Shown: piece after piece, positions 44,472-60,302 of the stretch
How positions within the stretch are numbered: position 1 is the stretch's first letter
Layout: the number at the start of each line of letters is the position of its first letter
DNA from: an uncultured virus (IMG/VR IMGVR_UViG_3300034759_000219)
Taxonomy: Duplodnaviria; Heunggongvirae; Uroviricota; Caudoviricetes
Strand: one strand, 5' to 3'
IMG/VR virus record: IMGVR_UViG_3300034759_000219
DNA length: 64,000 nucleotides
The notes under the pieces: model-generated
Database searches by the model: none
Told to the model about the DNA's origin: nothing
The model's input: the letters and a program-made list of their open reading frames with translations, nothing else
Position numbers and translations under genes: made by a program

Positions 44472-46526
44472 ATGCCATATAAAAAAGAACAGTTTCTTCC
44501 AGGCGACCTTATACGTTCTGAGTGGGCAAATAAGATAGAAGACGAACTGCTAAGCAAGTCAAGCTTCATTGGAAGCTTTCCTACATACCTTGACTTGCCA
44601 AATTCTTTGCTGCTTGAAGACGGATCGTGGTAGGTAGTACAAGACGAAAAGACGATATATGTTGTTAAAGACAAACAATGGCAGAAGAAGCAAATTAGCA
44701 TAGAACTTCAAGGCGATATAGTAGGTACTGGTATTGAACATAACAATGCAGTTATACTAAATACCACGTAGGTCGTCGCACAGAACCTGGTCAAGTCCGT
44801 ACAGATAACTGGCGACGTACAAGGCACAAGTATAGTTGAAAATGGCGTAGCTACTGTCTATACGGCCATCCCAAACAAGATCAATTCCATTCAACTCACA
44901 GGCGAGGTAAATGGCTTTGCCCAAATTACGAGCCCTGATGTCGTCATACAGACAAGTACGAACATCGGCAATGTAGTTAAAACTGACGGATCTGTACCGG
45001 AAGCACTATCTGGATATGAAACACAAAGACCAGAACCTGGCAAGCAAGGCAGAATATATGTATAGCATGATACGAGGACTATATACTACGACACAGGTAC
45101 GGATTGGAAAGCAATAGCGTACTAGCCTGGTTATATAACCGTACAATACACACCGCCATCTGGCCAGCTCACTATAAGTGGCGTTTTTTACTTGTACACA
45201 GAAAAAGATGGTAACACGTACAAGGTTCATGTACTGAATTCAACAAGTAACGATGTCGAATCCTAGATTGTTACGGTGCCTGTAGACGTGCTTGAAATAA
45301 CAAGCACAAGCGAATCATTGAGGATAGGATTCGGATACCCATATTACATAGAATAGCATGGTTCAAACAGGGATATACTTGGAAATGTACTAATGTTTAG
45401 AGTACCACTTATACCAGCAAATAGCGAGATTACAATTCCAATTGAAAAAGTACCTGGGTTTAGCCCAGATAAGGATGCTTTCTTTTTCAACACTGAATAG
45501 CCTTTATTTCAACGCAATTCTGCTGCATTCGACCTGTCTAAGATTATTCAAACTAGAAATTTCAACAGCTGCGTGCAGTTGGTTACGAATCATAAACCAA
45601 GGTATATATCGAATTACGTAATTATAGAAAAAGGCACCACTAACCTTCTGTATCCAGAGTACGCAAAGTGTATATCACTGCTTTCTAATGTATAGCACCC
45701 AAACGTATTTTCGTTGAACACCTTAAGTGCAGTGTCACTAGCAATAGATAAACCTTACCCAGGTCACCTGTCAATTAGCGTTGGGGCTAATAACTATTCG
45801 ATTATTCAGCCTGCAGGATACAAAGCCACGGCATTAAACATCCCAAATAGTTCGGCTATTCCGTATTTTACGTCGACAATAGGCAGTAACTCAACGTTTT
45901 AGTTGCCACAAATTGAGCAGGGCGACCTGTCAACAACATGGGTTCCAGCTGGATTCGTTAGAGAGCCAGAGTCGCTTCAGATACCAAATATTGCAAGCAG
46001 TTTGCCATAGACAGGGTGGAGCATAGAATGGCTTATTGCACCGAGGGCCAGCACACCATATTAGCCTATTATCGTAGTTGGCACGCAACTAAATTATATA
46101 TAGCTGTTTTCGTCCACAGATAGCTCATATGTATACATTAAGGTTCGAACTGTTAAAAACGGCGTTCTGTCCGAGACAACAAATGTAAAAGTGTCTGCAA
46201 GTTTGAGCAGTTAGCCTGCATTTTCTGGATGTTATATGAAACTGTCCGCGTATCAGAACGGTGTTGTAAAAGCAACTCTTGCGTATGGCTCATACTCAAA
46301 CACAGTAACTACAAGCTTTACCTAGCCCCCATCGCTATCTGGTAACCTGTACATCTGCTATAATCCATTTTTCTCTGACGCACAAGGTTCAATATTGTTT
46401 AAAAACCTCATGATTACTAACAACCCAGACCATAATTAGCTATAGAACTAGTGGTAGATTGACTCATCCGTGCTGTACTTCGTGCCATTTGAAGGTCACA
46501 CCTTGCCTACCGTCGTGAGAATCTGA
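44472..46526 (+). CDS. Tail fibre / receptor-binding protein, TAG-recoded
   Basis: Repeated LxGDVxG units, RPEPGKQGRIYV*HDT, IIEKGTTNLL, PQIEQGDLSTTW. Confidence 0.7.
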
Positions 46527-46542
46527 AGTTAGTCCATCTTTG

Positions 46543-49500
46543 ATGGACATATACTCGCAAGACGCTCAGCTTAAAGAGAATCTAAAAAGGCGTGTAGAAG
46601 CACCGTCCTTCGGGACTGTGTTCTTTGCAGGTATAGCTGCAGGCTAGGCTGGCTTTCTAACTAGAGGCTTAACAAAGAAAGCCGGTAAGTACGTATTGGG
46701 CTAGATTTCAGATAGGTTACTTAAGTAGTAGAAAGAAACGTATTCAGCTATACCTGTCTTATAGCGTGAACTTGGTGTATCTGCACTGTCTCCTGTATAG
46801 TAGCTCACATACTATGGTATAACAAAAGCTCAAAAGTCGCAGAGTGAGTAGTCCGCATTGGCATATGTACCACTTTAGCTAACTGGCTAGGCTATCTAGC
46901 TTGCCGCACCTGCCAGATAGTAGGCATTTGCTTAGAGATACCTAACTCCAGAAATTGCAGAAAAAATTGCACTTTAGCCTGAAACTATATAGACAAGCAT
47001 AAGACGCTATACCTCAGATATAGCACAATAGTTTGTGAAAGGCAAGCAGGTGTCTTTTTAGGAAGGTATTGCAGGCTAGTTTAGTAATGTTGGCAAGATA
47101 TTCACAAGACAATTCTGGGCACAAGCATTTCAAAGCACAAAAGAAAGCGTACTTGTAAGATACTAGCAAGGTGCACTTGGCATCATGAGCTTAGCCAAGT
47201 TTTACAAGGAATACGGGCCTTCAAAAGCAGTAAAGCACCTTGCATTGGAAGAAGTTGAAAGACGCCTAAAGACTTATGGCAGGTCAGCTGTAGCTGAAGG
47301 CATGGGCTTAGAGCCAGTTAGACTCATTGATATCATTGGCGAAGACCAAGTACGAGACTTGATCCTTGCGGCATACAAAGGTAACAAAGTGGATGTACTA
47401 TCTGTCATGAAACGCTTGGCTGGTACAAGCAACAAGATAGCCAAGATGCCTATAGGATATGGCATATACAAAAAGCCGTCTTAGACTATAAAAAGCCTGT
47501 CTGATATATACATCATCCCAAGCTGGAAATTGCCCTTAACTGACATGTAGCTTAGATAGTCCAAGCAACTCCATATACCATATCTGTCTTTCAACCCGTT
47601 AAGATTGTTCATACCTCCAACTTTGGAAGAATCAATATTTGGTGAAGTAATACGCCCAACTGGTAAACAAGACGTTGTCCCGACCTTGCTTGGTACAATG
47701 GGCCAAGGTACTGCATAGGAACTACAATATTTTGCATGGTACGGCTCACAACAAAAGCTCAATTCTGAAGTATATGAAAATGCAAAAAGGCTCAATGAGT
47801 TATTGAATAAAGCTGGTAACCTATCTAAACGTGAATTAGAAGAAGTCAAGTACCTACAACAGTCAATGCGGTCTTACTTTGAATCTATAAATAAGCAACC
47901 AGACGCACAACTTGTCATAGCTGGTAAGACGCCAGTTGCAGTTTGGAAAAACTAGGCTGGTGGAATTACATAGTCGCGTGTATCATTCATGCTACCTGGA
48001 TATGCCGTGCCAGTTGAAGAAACAGGTTCTGGATTATACAGGTAGTATCACATGATGCTTGGCACAACTATAAGAAAACAGCAAAGTGATATAGCCTTCT
48101 CGCAGTAGTATAATTTGCAACCAAACTTACTGCAGCAACTCGCTTAGATGGTAAAGTATGCCATAACAGGCGACGAATCGTAGAAGGCTATATTTGAACA
48201 AGCAAGCTCAGGTTAGCCAGATTAGCAGAGCCTGTTTGGACATATAGGTGATGTACTCTAGAAATTGCGCTAGTCTGGTTATTTTCGTGAACAATATTCG
48301 AAGATAGACATAAAACAGTACTCAGACAAGGAAATACTGGAGATTATTGAACAAACCTTTGGACTCGGAGAAGGCGCAACCAAGAAAACAGGACTATTAC
48401 GTTTTGCAATAGAATAGGTAGGTAAGCTTGAGCCGTAGGAAAAATCTGTGATTTCAGAATTAGAATAGTAGTTCTCCAGAAATATAATCACAGAAGAATG
48501 GCTTTCTACTACAGTTAAAACTGGCGGTAGGACAAGGCGCGAGATTTTGCAAGAAATCATCTTCTTTAACAGAATACTGTCTGGCTTAGAAGATGTAGGT
48601 TAGATAAAAGATAAGCCTGTTGCAGAGTTACTTGGTACAATTGCAGATTAGTACCAAAGTGCACAGATGTTCAAAGCTAAAGAAGCAGAAAATATACTCA
48701 GTAGCATCCTAGATGACACTGAAACTTTAAAGCAATTTTAGCTGTTTTCAAAGAAGCGTTTTGCTGGGCTTAAGTCTCTGCTGAAAGCTGAGTAGGATGT
48801 AGACTAGCAATTTACTCAATTTTCCAACCAATTTCTTTATATACCTTCCATGCTTAGCTAGGAAGAACTCAGTGAAAGAAGCATAAAAGCTGGGTTTATA
48901 GAACAGCTATTTCCTGGTGCACTTAGAAAAATGACTACATTAAGTGAAGTACGCGGGCTTATAACCGAGCCTGGTCTTATGCTGACGCATTTTGCTTACA
49001 GACCAGTTGAGCTAATGGAGACACTTGGACTTGGTGGTATAGACTTTTCTAAGGTGCACAACGCATTAGACATAATGTAGCGCACATTTACAAGAAAGAT
49101 ATTTCCTGTCATGGCTGGAATAGCGTCGTTTTATACTATAGATTAGCTACTTGGCATCGGCTCACCTACATGGTCTCTGGTGTCAGATTTATATGTAGGT
49201 GGCATCAGCTTACTCAACCTAACTGGTATCGGCCCACTTGGCAGGTACATCCATACGCATGCACCTTCATTATTGTCTACAGTTGGATAGGCAGTAGGCT
49301 TGTATGCAACAGGTGATGTCACACCATAGTTCGTAATGGGCTAGTTAGGATAGCTTATAGAGCGTACACCAACATCTAAAGAATAGTAGATACAGTAGGA
49401 AGGACTCGGATTAGTAGAAAAGCGCAAATCTGCAGGTTGGGAATTTGGACGTGGGCCATATTGGGGTTCTAAAACTCAATATTACAGACCGTTTTTACCT

Positions 49501-51837
49501 TATTTGCAAGAAAAAGAATGGCAATTTACTGAAAATGTCTATGGTTCTAAATTTGAATACATGGCATTTGGATTTCCATTTCCAAATCCATTTAACCTAT
49601 TTGGCTTGACATGGCTTATGGATCCGTATCATTATGAACGAGAACGATTCTACTACAGACCCTATCCAATATCTGGTCCTATGCCATTTACGGAAATACC
49701 ACTTTTAGGCCCGTTCTTATCGCCAATAAGTTACATGCTCAAGCCTACAACGAATTTAGTTCAAGCTAATCCACAAGGTATGATACAAGCCCAATAGGGT
49801 ACAAGCGGGTTTACATACATGGCACTATAGAGAGAATATATGTAGGAATATGGAACTGGATACTTCGACTTGTCTTCAGGTACGTTCTCGCATGTGCAAC
49901 TACCAAAGCAGTTACAAGATTATCTTGGTATAATCGGGTTCTAGACTACATAGTTCACAGCTGAATAGTTTGCAGGTGAGTAGGAATACTACAGTCCCAA
50001 GTTGTAGCATTCTGGTACTTGGGGTTCTGTAGAAAGAATGTATTACATGTCCAAGCTTGGTAATATCTTTGGCATGTCTGAATTCGTACGCAGAATGATA
50101 CCACACGATGAAGCTGGATACCCATAGTTCAACCCAGTTCCTAACTAGTACCTATCTCAATTCAGTTGGCTACCAGATCGTTACAAAACTGGAGACTAGT
50201 ACTAGACTATGGACTTTGGCGAAGTCAGGTTGCCAGGCCCATAGTATGAAAAGACCAGGTATATGGTAGACCAGTATGGACCCATAGACCAGTTCCTTAT
50301 ATTGTAGAATGTATAGCCATACTCGCAATAGTACGAATTTGCCAAGAAAAATATATTAAGTATGCTCGAAGAAAGGCCTCAGGACTTTTCTGAAATGACA
50401 CGGTTTTTAATACAACAATAGATTGAAAATGCAGAAAATGTCAGGCGTGGGTTGGATGAGTACCAAAAGGTATACACTAAGCAAACTGAAACTATCGAAT
50501 TGCAACTTGGCGAATACTTAGGTAATGGCATGTTCACTGTCCAAGGCTAGTCTTACCTTGCACGTGTAAATGGCATAGTAGCAAACGAAGATGAACTTGC
50601 ATATCAAATATACAAGACAACAGGCGCATCGTTTGAAGAGTAGTACCAACGTGCAAGATAGATAGCACACCAAATCAACTCGCAACTACAAGAGATGTCC
50701 AAAAAGACGGTCAAGGTACGTGTACTTGAAGACGAAATGGCGAGGTTCACATACACAGAACAGGGTAACTTAATACTTGAAGTGGGTATGCCACAAATAG
50801 ACGTACCGCGTGAAGCTAGAAAATACGATACTTAGATGTAGTACAGTACAAACGGGTTCAACCTGCTCAGGTAGTTTTGGGATGTGTAGAGTCAATTTGT
50901 ACCTCAGGCGTTCATGTTTGAAAAATTCTTCTAGTATAGAGAGCCATTAGAATTGTACGAACGATACAGTGCAGTTGGAAAGTACAGAATGCTATGGCAT
51001 AGGGTTGTACAGGACATTATTGTACCTAATTTCAACATTTTAACATTATCAAACCCAGTATCTGCATTTTTAGGTGGCGTAACAACAGGCTTACTGTCTT
51101 CACCTGATACAATCACTAGATATGCAACTTAGGCAATTGGCGGGATTTAGTATGCAGGCTAGTCTCTATTCCCATAGAGACCATCTAGCGAGACACAACA
51201 ACGCTGGGAATTTGAAAAGCAAATGGATTATTTGCAAATGCTACAGGATAACATGCGTGGCAGTAAGCCGAGAAGCTTACTAGGCATGAGAACAGTCCAA
51301 GGGTATCAGACATTGTACAAAAATGTGCCACTTGAATACAAATAGTACATACCTTCAATAGTAAACGTTGCACAAGAAGACATGGACAGAGTAAGAACTA
51401 TGTTGCCAGATTATGTCATGCAAGTTGTGCAATAGACTTGGGATGCCAAACAGCGTGCTATAGAACGTTAGAGACAAGGACAAAGTTTGAAGTTCAGGAC
51501 ATAGGTAGAAAACATAGTTAATGACGTGGATGCTGAAGAATATTTGGAAGAATTAGGTGACTCGCTACAGTACATAGACATGCGCGCATATAGATAGATG
51601 AATTAGCTATAGCAATTTTCAGATGTTACGAAACTATCGGTTACACCACAATCTGTGTATCAGTAGCTTATCACGACACTAGATTAGGAATACATGACAA
51701 GAACAGCTTACTCAACTGCACAATTCAATTCAGAATACATGAGACAGATGTATCAATCTTAGCAGTACCAAGGTCAATAGCGCGTCGTGTTAGGTTAGAA
51801 TAGACGCCAATCTACGTTTAATTACACACTGAGGTGA
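46543..51837 (+). CDS. Very large virion protein (tape-measure or ejection-like, about 1764 aa), TAG-recoded
   Basis: Fragments 47185 and 49504 are in frame; ends in TGA. Function inferred from size and position. Confidence 0.6.
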
Positions 51838-51841
51838 TACC

Positions 51842-54334
51842 ATGGCTGATCCTAGAGAGCAATAGCTAAGCCAGCTTGCACAGGATATAGCATAGATCAA
51901 TCCAACTGTAAGAAAAATCGGCCAACTGTTCCCAGAAAAATACTAGAAGTTCATAGACTTTTCTAAGCCTGTAACTATCGCTATTAAGCTTGGGCCGAAA
52001 GAATACGATGAGTTGTAGCAATATATGCTGTCCAACCAGGGAAGTATTAGGAACATAATGCAGTTTCTCTCAGAAAGGCAGATCCCGTACTAGTCTGTAC
52101 TGTACCATTATGGCACAACAAAAGGCAAGCCATAGAACCTAGTCTCCGCAAAAGGTATATTTTGGAATGAGTTCGTCTTCAGACGTGTAGAGTAGCGACC
52201 TGACCTGATACCTGGTTAGACAGCTGGATTGTGGTTTGCATAGTATCCAGCACAGCGCCCGAATGCACCTGCTGTTGTCTAGGATAGGCCTATAAACCTA
52301 CTGATATACAAAACTGAAGCCCAGCCTCAACTCAATTAGACTGCAGAAGAGCTGGCTGTATACAAGTCAATATCAACCGAGCAGGTAGGTACAAGCACAG
52401 CAAAGCAAGCTTCACGTGCTGGCACAGGTAAAACCTAGCAAGCTACAGGCAAAGCTAAGACCACATCTGAAACATAGCAACAGTTTGTGCAGCCAACTAA
52501 GCTTAAAAAGCCATACCAAGTCTTAGCCCAATAGTTTAAACAATAGAACACAGCCGAACAGTTAAAGATACAATTTGGTACATCTGGTTTAAGATACATA
52601 CCATAGACGGTAGGCACAAAACAAGCTATTGTGTTCAAACCAGACTTTGGCGTGACAAACCTGAAAAAAATGAAATTGTACGCATTGCCTCATGCCTTTA
52701 CTATTGGCGACATAATAGGCAGACAGCGCCAACCTGAAATAGAGCAACTTGTAGATTTTTTGAATAAGAACGTACTTGGTTTAGCTGAAACTGGATAGCA
52801 ACTTGCAAATCAGCCAGTTGGGCTTGAGTAGATCTACAAATAGCAACCAGAATTCTTCACTCAACTAAAGGCATACAGTGGTCTGATACATGACTTGTAC
52901 ACGTAGACATTAGACGAAAGAATGTACGTGCTCAGTCAGCTATAGGAAGGCAAAACTGATATCGGAATAAAAAACGAAGGTGTAGCAGGTAGGGTTCGTG
53001 CATAGCTTGACTTTCTTACACGTACAAGACCTGAAGATACCGAGCTTGCTAACCTTAATGAATAGTTCTTGATACAAGCAGGAAAGCGCATTGAGACAGT
53101 TGATGAACTTGGTGAGTAGCTCAAAAGTGGAGCTGTAATATTCTAGCCCGCCGTATCGAGAAAGTATCTTGCTGCTATTTCACGGCTGCAACAGGAATAG
53201 GGAGATAAGATCACGGAACAGCAGATAACTGAGATTGTGAGCCGTGCGTGGTTACTGAATGCTGGAAAGAGTTACCAAGCTAAAGTTATCGAAAGTGAAA
53301 TTAGTAGTAGGTTAATTTAGCTTGGCGTAGATGAAAGACTATAGCGTAACTTTGCAACACAGATGTAGGATATAGACTATCCACCAGATTTGTTTGTTGT
53401 ATCAGATGTGAAAAAGTAGATCACAATCCAGGATGAGGCTAAACAATAGTACATCATCAAATAGGGGCAACGTGCATATGTCGTAACAGACACAGGACAC
53501 GAATCGTACGTAATCTAGGGCTATGGCGAGTCTATACCTACAGATGTAGAAGAGTTAACGGATATAGAACAAGCGCCTGGTGAGACAATACGAGTATATC
53601 CAACTTCCGAGGAAGATAAATACATAGAAATTGAAGCACAAACTAAGACTATACAACAAGAGGCATTGGAACAACAGGCTACACAACAATAGTCTACACA
53701 ACAACAAGCTCAAGAGTAGCAAGCTGTACAGGAAGTTCAACAAGAGACAGCTGAACAAGCTGCAGACCAAGGTAAAGTAGAACAAGACTTGGCAGATGCA
53801 AAGTAGTAGCAAGCACAGGATAATGCATAGCAAGCATAGCAAGAGCAAATGGAACAGTCTCAACAAATCCAGGATTAGGCAAATGCTACAGCTCAAGCGC
53901 AATCTACTGGTGCTGAGTCTGGATGTAAGTCTTAGCGTGAAGCTGTAGAAGAGATTGTTGAAGAGACTACAGAAAAAGAAGCTGGTGAGGAAACAAGTTC
54001 TATAATTGGCAACTTTCTCAAGCGCCTACAACAGGCATTATTTGGCTCACCTAAGCGTACAATTACGACATTAGCTGTACTTGGTGGTGTTACGGCTATA
54101 TAGATAACCGGGTAGGCACAGCGTAAAAAGGTAAGACGCGATATAAAAGACCAGATTGCAAAGCAACAAATGGCATCTCAATATACAATGCCCAACATGC
54201 GCTATACTCCATCAGCTGTTAAAGTACAAGCTAATGTATACAGCCATTATTACGACCAAGAATTGTAGCAGATAAACGCATAGATGAATTCATTTGGTCC
54301 TTCGGAAATTGTAGTCAACAGATATAAGCGCTAA
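51842..54334 (+). CDS. Large virion protein with Q/E/A-rich tract, TAG-recoded
   Basis: GAGGTG RBS; open to TAA; transmembrane-like segment near the C-terminus. Confidence 0.6.
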
Positions 54335-54350
54335 TGGTTAGTCTCTGTTG

Positions 54351-57300
54351 ATGACCGATATTGATAAAATAACCATTTAGTGTCCATCCATAAGCAAAAT
54401 AGGAGATAAATACTACGCGCAGGACGATTAGCTTGTAATAGGCTAGTGCCTTGCGCCATCTGGGCCTGTCCAAATAGGCGTGATGTCTATAAGTCACGCT
54501 AATGTCACGCCAGTACCTAAATAGCGTGCAAATTAGGTTTCAGATACAGGCAGAATTGAGCTTCAACTTACAATTGAGTTGGTATATCCGTAGGAATTGG
54601 CCTTCGGATAGGACATGTAGGTATACAAAACTGGCAGTGTGTTCATGTCACTGGAATAGTTACTTAGACAGATTGAACTCACACCGTTTATTCCAATATA
54701 CAACAGCGATATATCGAGACTCATTTCAGATGGTCTTTAGGACTACGTATGGTTTGCAGTTCAATCGGTTAGAGTACAGAGTATACAAGAATAGCCTGGT
54801 TCTGTATAGATACAATTACAGCTACTCAAGACCAGTGTAGAACAGCTTGCTGGCGGAATTGTAATGTTCAAAGACACACTTGATGGCAAGGTGTATACGA
54901 TAAAAGGCAGGATGTACGAGTCAGAGTACATAAAAAATATAATTAAAGACATGCTTTCAGACGAGAAAGAACTGCCTAAGAATGATGTACTGTCTATAGA
55001 CTGGAATGAAGTGATAAACACAATTAAGTCACGTGTACAATAGCAATTTTCCGTATTACAGACACTAGCGCCAACCGAAGGCAAACAGTAGATTGCGGAT
55101 ATATGGAATAACTACCAACAATAGACATAGACGATAGAAAAAACTGTAAAAGAGATCGGCTAGTAGTACGACATGGGCACTGTTATTGAGTTTGAAGCTT
55201 AGTACCAAAATTACCTATAGCCGCACTCGCTTATATCTAAGCCAAACTTATTTCACCAATATCTCGGCTCTACTGGCTGGCAAGTACGTGTACAAACTGT
55301 ATGCAATAACTATGACAATATAAGCAAGATGCAACGATTTAGAGAAGCAGTTGGCGAGCTTGTTATTGTTGCTAATGACTTGATCTACAATGTGCCAGTC
55401 AGGCTACACTCAAGAATATAGAATTTGTTAAATATGCAAATACCGTTTTTGACAACTGTAGATGTATCAAGTGTAGATGATTAGGTCAATTCGTACATAG
55501 TCACGATGCAACTTTTGGATACAACTAAGCTGTACGAACTAGAAAAACTCATAGATGTGTCAATGAACGCATAGCAAAACTTATTGACTAAGAGTCAGAA
55601 GAACCGCGAGTATTTGTTTGAAGACCTGTCTATTCCAACCGTAGACACAAGTCAAAGCAGGCTTAGTGATATATAGAACGTAGTTGGTACACCAACTAAG
55701 CAAGAACTTGATTAGCTTTTAGATAAATACATGCGTGCTATTGCACGGCTTACGAACGAAAAACTCGCTACAATTTAGCTTGCAGGCTAGTTGCTTGACC
55801 TGTCATTGTTTGATAATACCGAGTACTTTAAGCCAAACATGTTAGCCACAGCATAGACACGATATGCGGTGTTACACAGGAAATTGAAACAATCGTACGA
55901 TACAAAAACCGTTGAAGCTGTGGTTTCACAATTAGAAAAAAGAGACTAGATAGATAGAATCGCAATGTAGGCTGTAGTAGCTGTAGAACTCGGGTGTTGT
56001 AGAACTACGCCTGCAGATTTGCACGCTCTCTCAGATGGTGATATTACAGCCTAGTCGTTTTCTGCATAGGTATAGCACATGTATTCAATTCGAGACTAGA
56101 TTGGCACTTCAACATTTGACGGAATATTTTCGTATACATTGAGGTCTGACTTATAGCAAATAGTACGTGACCTAGCCGTCCAATCTCGAGATGAACTAAC
56201 AAGTAGAGAAAACGATTCTACAATACTTGGCGGCGTCGGCTAGATAATAAGGCGGTCTACAGACAGCTCGTCGCTATTGAAATATATAAAAGACAAGATG
56301 GTCATCTATCATAGTATTTCTCAGGACCAACTCAATATAGGTCTCAATATAGGTGGCGCTCCAGGTGGCAGTCGCACATCTTCAGATATGCCATCACAGC
56401 AAAATTTGTATCACTAGTAGTACTGCTGTTACTCGAAACTTGTCGATTAGGTCTAGTCTGATGTTTAGAATTAGTACTATGTCACCGTACTTATGGTAGA
56501 TGATGTAGACTCATTGCAGACATTACCAAAGTTATCCAGATTTGGCAGGTGGCTAGATGGTTAGGTTCACTTCATTTCGTGTCTCATAGAGATGCTACTG
56601 CAATTCTCTACGGATGAAATCCAGTAGCTATTGCAGAGTGTAGGCATAGATGTTAAATAGTACAGTACTATACCATTTTAGTTGGACTACAGCTTAAGTG
56701 ATATATTCACAGTTGCACATCCAGACAGGTTCACTTGGATATATGACCTAATCGAAAAATAGCTAAATATGCATAATACAGTCAAGCAGGCTATACGTAC
56801 CAGCTTCCCAGGTAAGATAGATGAGATATTAAGTCAAACTAGAGAGCTTAGAAGCGCAAAAGCACTATAGCTCATGGACTTTGAACAAGGTGGCAGTATA
56901 ATAAACGAAGTTATACAACAAAAGTACTTGAATGAGCCTGTTGCGACAGATATAGACACAGTTGCAAATGTACCTGTAGATGTCGACTTGGAAAAATTCA
57001 ACAATTGGCTTGAGACGGTAAAAGGCTATGACTTTGATACATAGCAAAATAAGCTTGGTATCCAACCTGTCCTAAATGAGCTCAACCAATCACTGGCAAT
57101 TGGTAGTTCAGCAATGATGTTCAAAAACGTCCTTGCAATAAACTCCGCAGATTATTCAAGTTCGATATTATTCGAGTAGATGTACAACCTGTTGACAACT
57201 TCGTATGATATAGACTATCTGACACCAAACGCTCAGGTCTTGTTCATATACAGGCATGATATATAGCCAATATTCTATCCGCAATCGACTTAGGTAATCA

Positions 57301-59702
57301 CATACAATTCTATATAGCAACTTAGCATAGTCAAGCAAAAAGACAATCCTGTACATGTCGCAGATTTACTGCTTACAAACATGACTGGTGTAATAGACCC
57401 AGCTAATATATAGCTTGCTGTGTACGGAAAGACAGATTAGGTACCAAATTCAATTTAGAGGCTGTTCATAACAACTGGTGTCGAAATAGCTATACGACTT
57501 GGCTATGGCAGAAATATATCTCGCATGCCAATTGTATTCCAAGGCTTTATCTAGGCAGTGCAATAGACAAACAATGCGGTGCATATAATTGCAGAAGGAT
57601 ATGGCGCATTATTAACAAGGTAGATCTTTGAAAAGCGAAAGCGAATTGGTGGCTTGGCATCTAACCCAATTGAGCTTGTATACTAGGCACTTAATAAGAC
57701 TCAAGCTACACAATTCGGGCTAAAGGGCTTAATTGAGAACGTTGTAGCGAATGTCATGCAATTGAAATTAGACGATATGCTAGCTACGTCTTATGTAAAT
57801 AAGCGCCTCCTACCGTTATTAAGAACGACAGATTAGGTTGTGAACATATACTAGCCTACCGAGTACTATAATGGATATGGCAAGAGCTCGTACGGTGTAT
57901 TCAAGAACTTTGAGACTTACTTTTGCGAATACAATGCGAAACCTGGTGATTCATAGTGGAAGCTTATACAAGACTAGGTAGACATGATGCCAGGTTATAT
58001 AACTGGCTTTGTAGACTATGGTATAGGCCAGCAACGTGTGTTCTTTGGCAGACCGTTTGACCCTGCTAAGTTCACACCTACACCATTTACAGAACAGCAA
58101 TTAAGCCAGCTTCAGAAGTCTGTCGAGTCAGTGTCTTAGCTTGAATTGCAAGACATAAAAGAGACAATTAAGCGTATACTTACAGAATGCAAAGAACTGC
58201 CTTTATTACCTGGTACACGCGAATATTCAGAACAAGAAAAGCTTGAGATTGCACATTGGTTTGAGGACTAGCTAACTCGCATGAAAAACGAGTACAATTT
58301 CGCATCCCAAATCTTGGCTCAGTTTAAGAACAGTGAACTTGAGTCTGTCTTAGAGCAGTTAAACCCCAAAAACATACCGTTTTTCAGTTGGGATGTGAAT
58401 GAACCAAGTAAGTTACGGATCATAGACATGCTCAGAGAGTCTGCATAGGATTACACAAAGTAGTACCTATTCTAGGAGTATGTATATTAGCTTAGGAAGA
58501 TACAAGAATTTGCAGATTGCTACAAAGATAAGCTATTAGCCTCAACACGAGCATAGCAGATAATAGAAAATACCACAATCTAGATAGACCAAACAGCTAG
58601 GTCGGCTACTGAGTATGCACTATTCACACGACTTTCCAAGTCTGCACAGTATAGGGATATATACAATCGAGCTATAATTTTAGGTACAAAACCGTATTAG
58701 AGTATAGTACCTGTATCTAGCGAAATAAATCTTATAGACAACTCCATAACTTTAACTACACGCGATATCGCAAATGAAGTAATTTTGTATTCGCCACCGT
58801 TCTTCCAAGATTGGTTCTTCTTAATTAGATTTGGATAGTGGATAGCAAATGCGCTGTCTGGATTCCAGGGTATAACAAAATACAATGGCAAGAACTACAC
58901 TGTGACTACGATTACAGTAGATGACGATATACCAGATGAATACAAAATTCAAAAGGTGGAAATTGTAGACTACGCAGAAGTGCTACAACAAAAAGTACTG
59001 GTTGGGACATCTAAACTCATGAAGCACCTACAAACCATGTACGATGGCAATTTGACAATGCTTGGGTACCAGCTTTTGAAACCGCACGATAGGATTGTGC
59101 TAAATGACTCTGTAAATAACATGTAGGGCTGGTAGGTTGTTAGAGATGTCATACACAGGTACGATTAGCAAGTTGGATTTATAACACAGTTCAGTATAGA
59201 ACCTGAGATTGAAGTGCGAGATTTGCATGTGTCATCTCTGAAATAGCTTCTAACACGTACAATAATGGTTGCTACTGGCTTGTTACCTGTCATAGTCTGG
59301 GTATTCAGTGCGCCAATTGGGTAGGTTGTAACTGCATTTTAGCTTTCAATGAGCTTACAGCCGTTATTCAGTTCGTTACTTTAGAAGTACGTGCCAATTA
59401 GTCCATCGTTCAAAGCTGTAGATTCCGAATCGTCTTCATAGCAGATTTCACTTTCGCGAGTTGTAAATCCTATCTTTGTAAAGCCTATAGTGAAGTCGGG
59501 CATAATATACAGTGCTGGGCTGGAAGGTTCAAAATTTAACGAATAGGCAATTGGAGTATCTGGCTTGATAAACGATGCAAGAACAGGTATCAAGTACTTT
59601 ACAGAAGGGCTCAAATAGTTCGGCTAGTAGTTCCAAGAAGGGCTTGCTATCTTAGAAGGTTAGATAGACATCGCACTCAAAGACCTGGAGAGTGGTATGT
59701 GA
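54351..59702 (+). CDS. Baseplate hub-like large protein (about 1783 aa), TAG-recoded
   Basis: IRLGYG...VFQGFI and MYDGNLTMLG...KPHDRIVLND...VRDVIHRYD...GFIT (hub-type pattern); ends in TGA. Confidence 0.65.
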
Positions 59703-59935
59703 TGTTTGTTAAATCGTACGATGTTATGTCACTTGATATGCGCAGAGGTGTGGTAGAGATACAAGTTGAAAACGGTGAAGTTATCGAATATCCGTTTCAG
59801 TTTATTGGCATCAAAAACACAAAAATAAGCTAGAGTGATGTCTCGGCTATGGTAATTGGCGAAGACAGGGTAAATGCAGTTGCAATCTTGTTCCCCAAGC
59901 ATAAGCTTGTGACAAAACAGATTGAGCAGGGGTGA
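59702..59935 (+). CDS. Small baseplate-region protein, TAG-recoded
   Basis: TGATG-coupled to the preceding gene. Confidence 0.5.
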
Positions 59936-59939
59936 GCAT

Positions 59940-60293
59940 GTGGAGAATATCCTAAAACAGGTAGTTTAGTCTCTTGAGGAGTCTTAGCTGAAAAAGACAT
60001 TCGAATCTGTTGTAATAGACACCATGAAAGGTGACAATTAGTTTATAAGGATACTTGGCAGTCAAATAGACATACATGGCACAAATGAAAACCATATCCG
60101 ACTCGATGGCGAGACACAAGTTAGAGGCTAGCTCAGGTTTTTAGGTAGCCCAGATTAGTTAAAATTTGGTGCATTACACCAGATGTCGGGTTAGACTTTG
60201 TCCTTTGTACCGTCTACTGGTATATCGCCATTGCCAGTATTATAGCCACACAATCCAATTTAGCCAATTGTTTAGCTTATAAATGGTTTGTGA
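59940..60293 (+). CDS. Baseplate-region protein, TAG-recoded
   Basis: GTG to TGA with TAGs. Confidence 0.5.
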
Positions 60294-60302
60294 GGTGCAA
60301 AT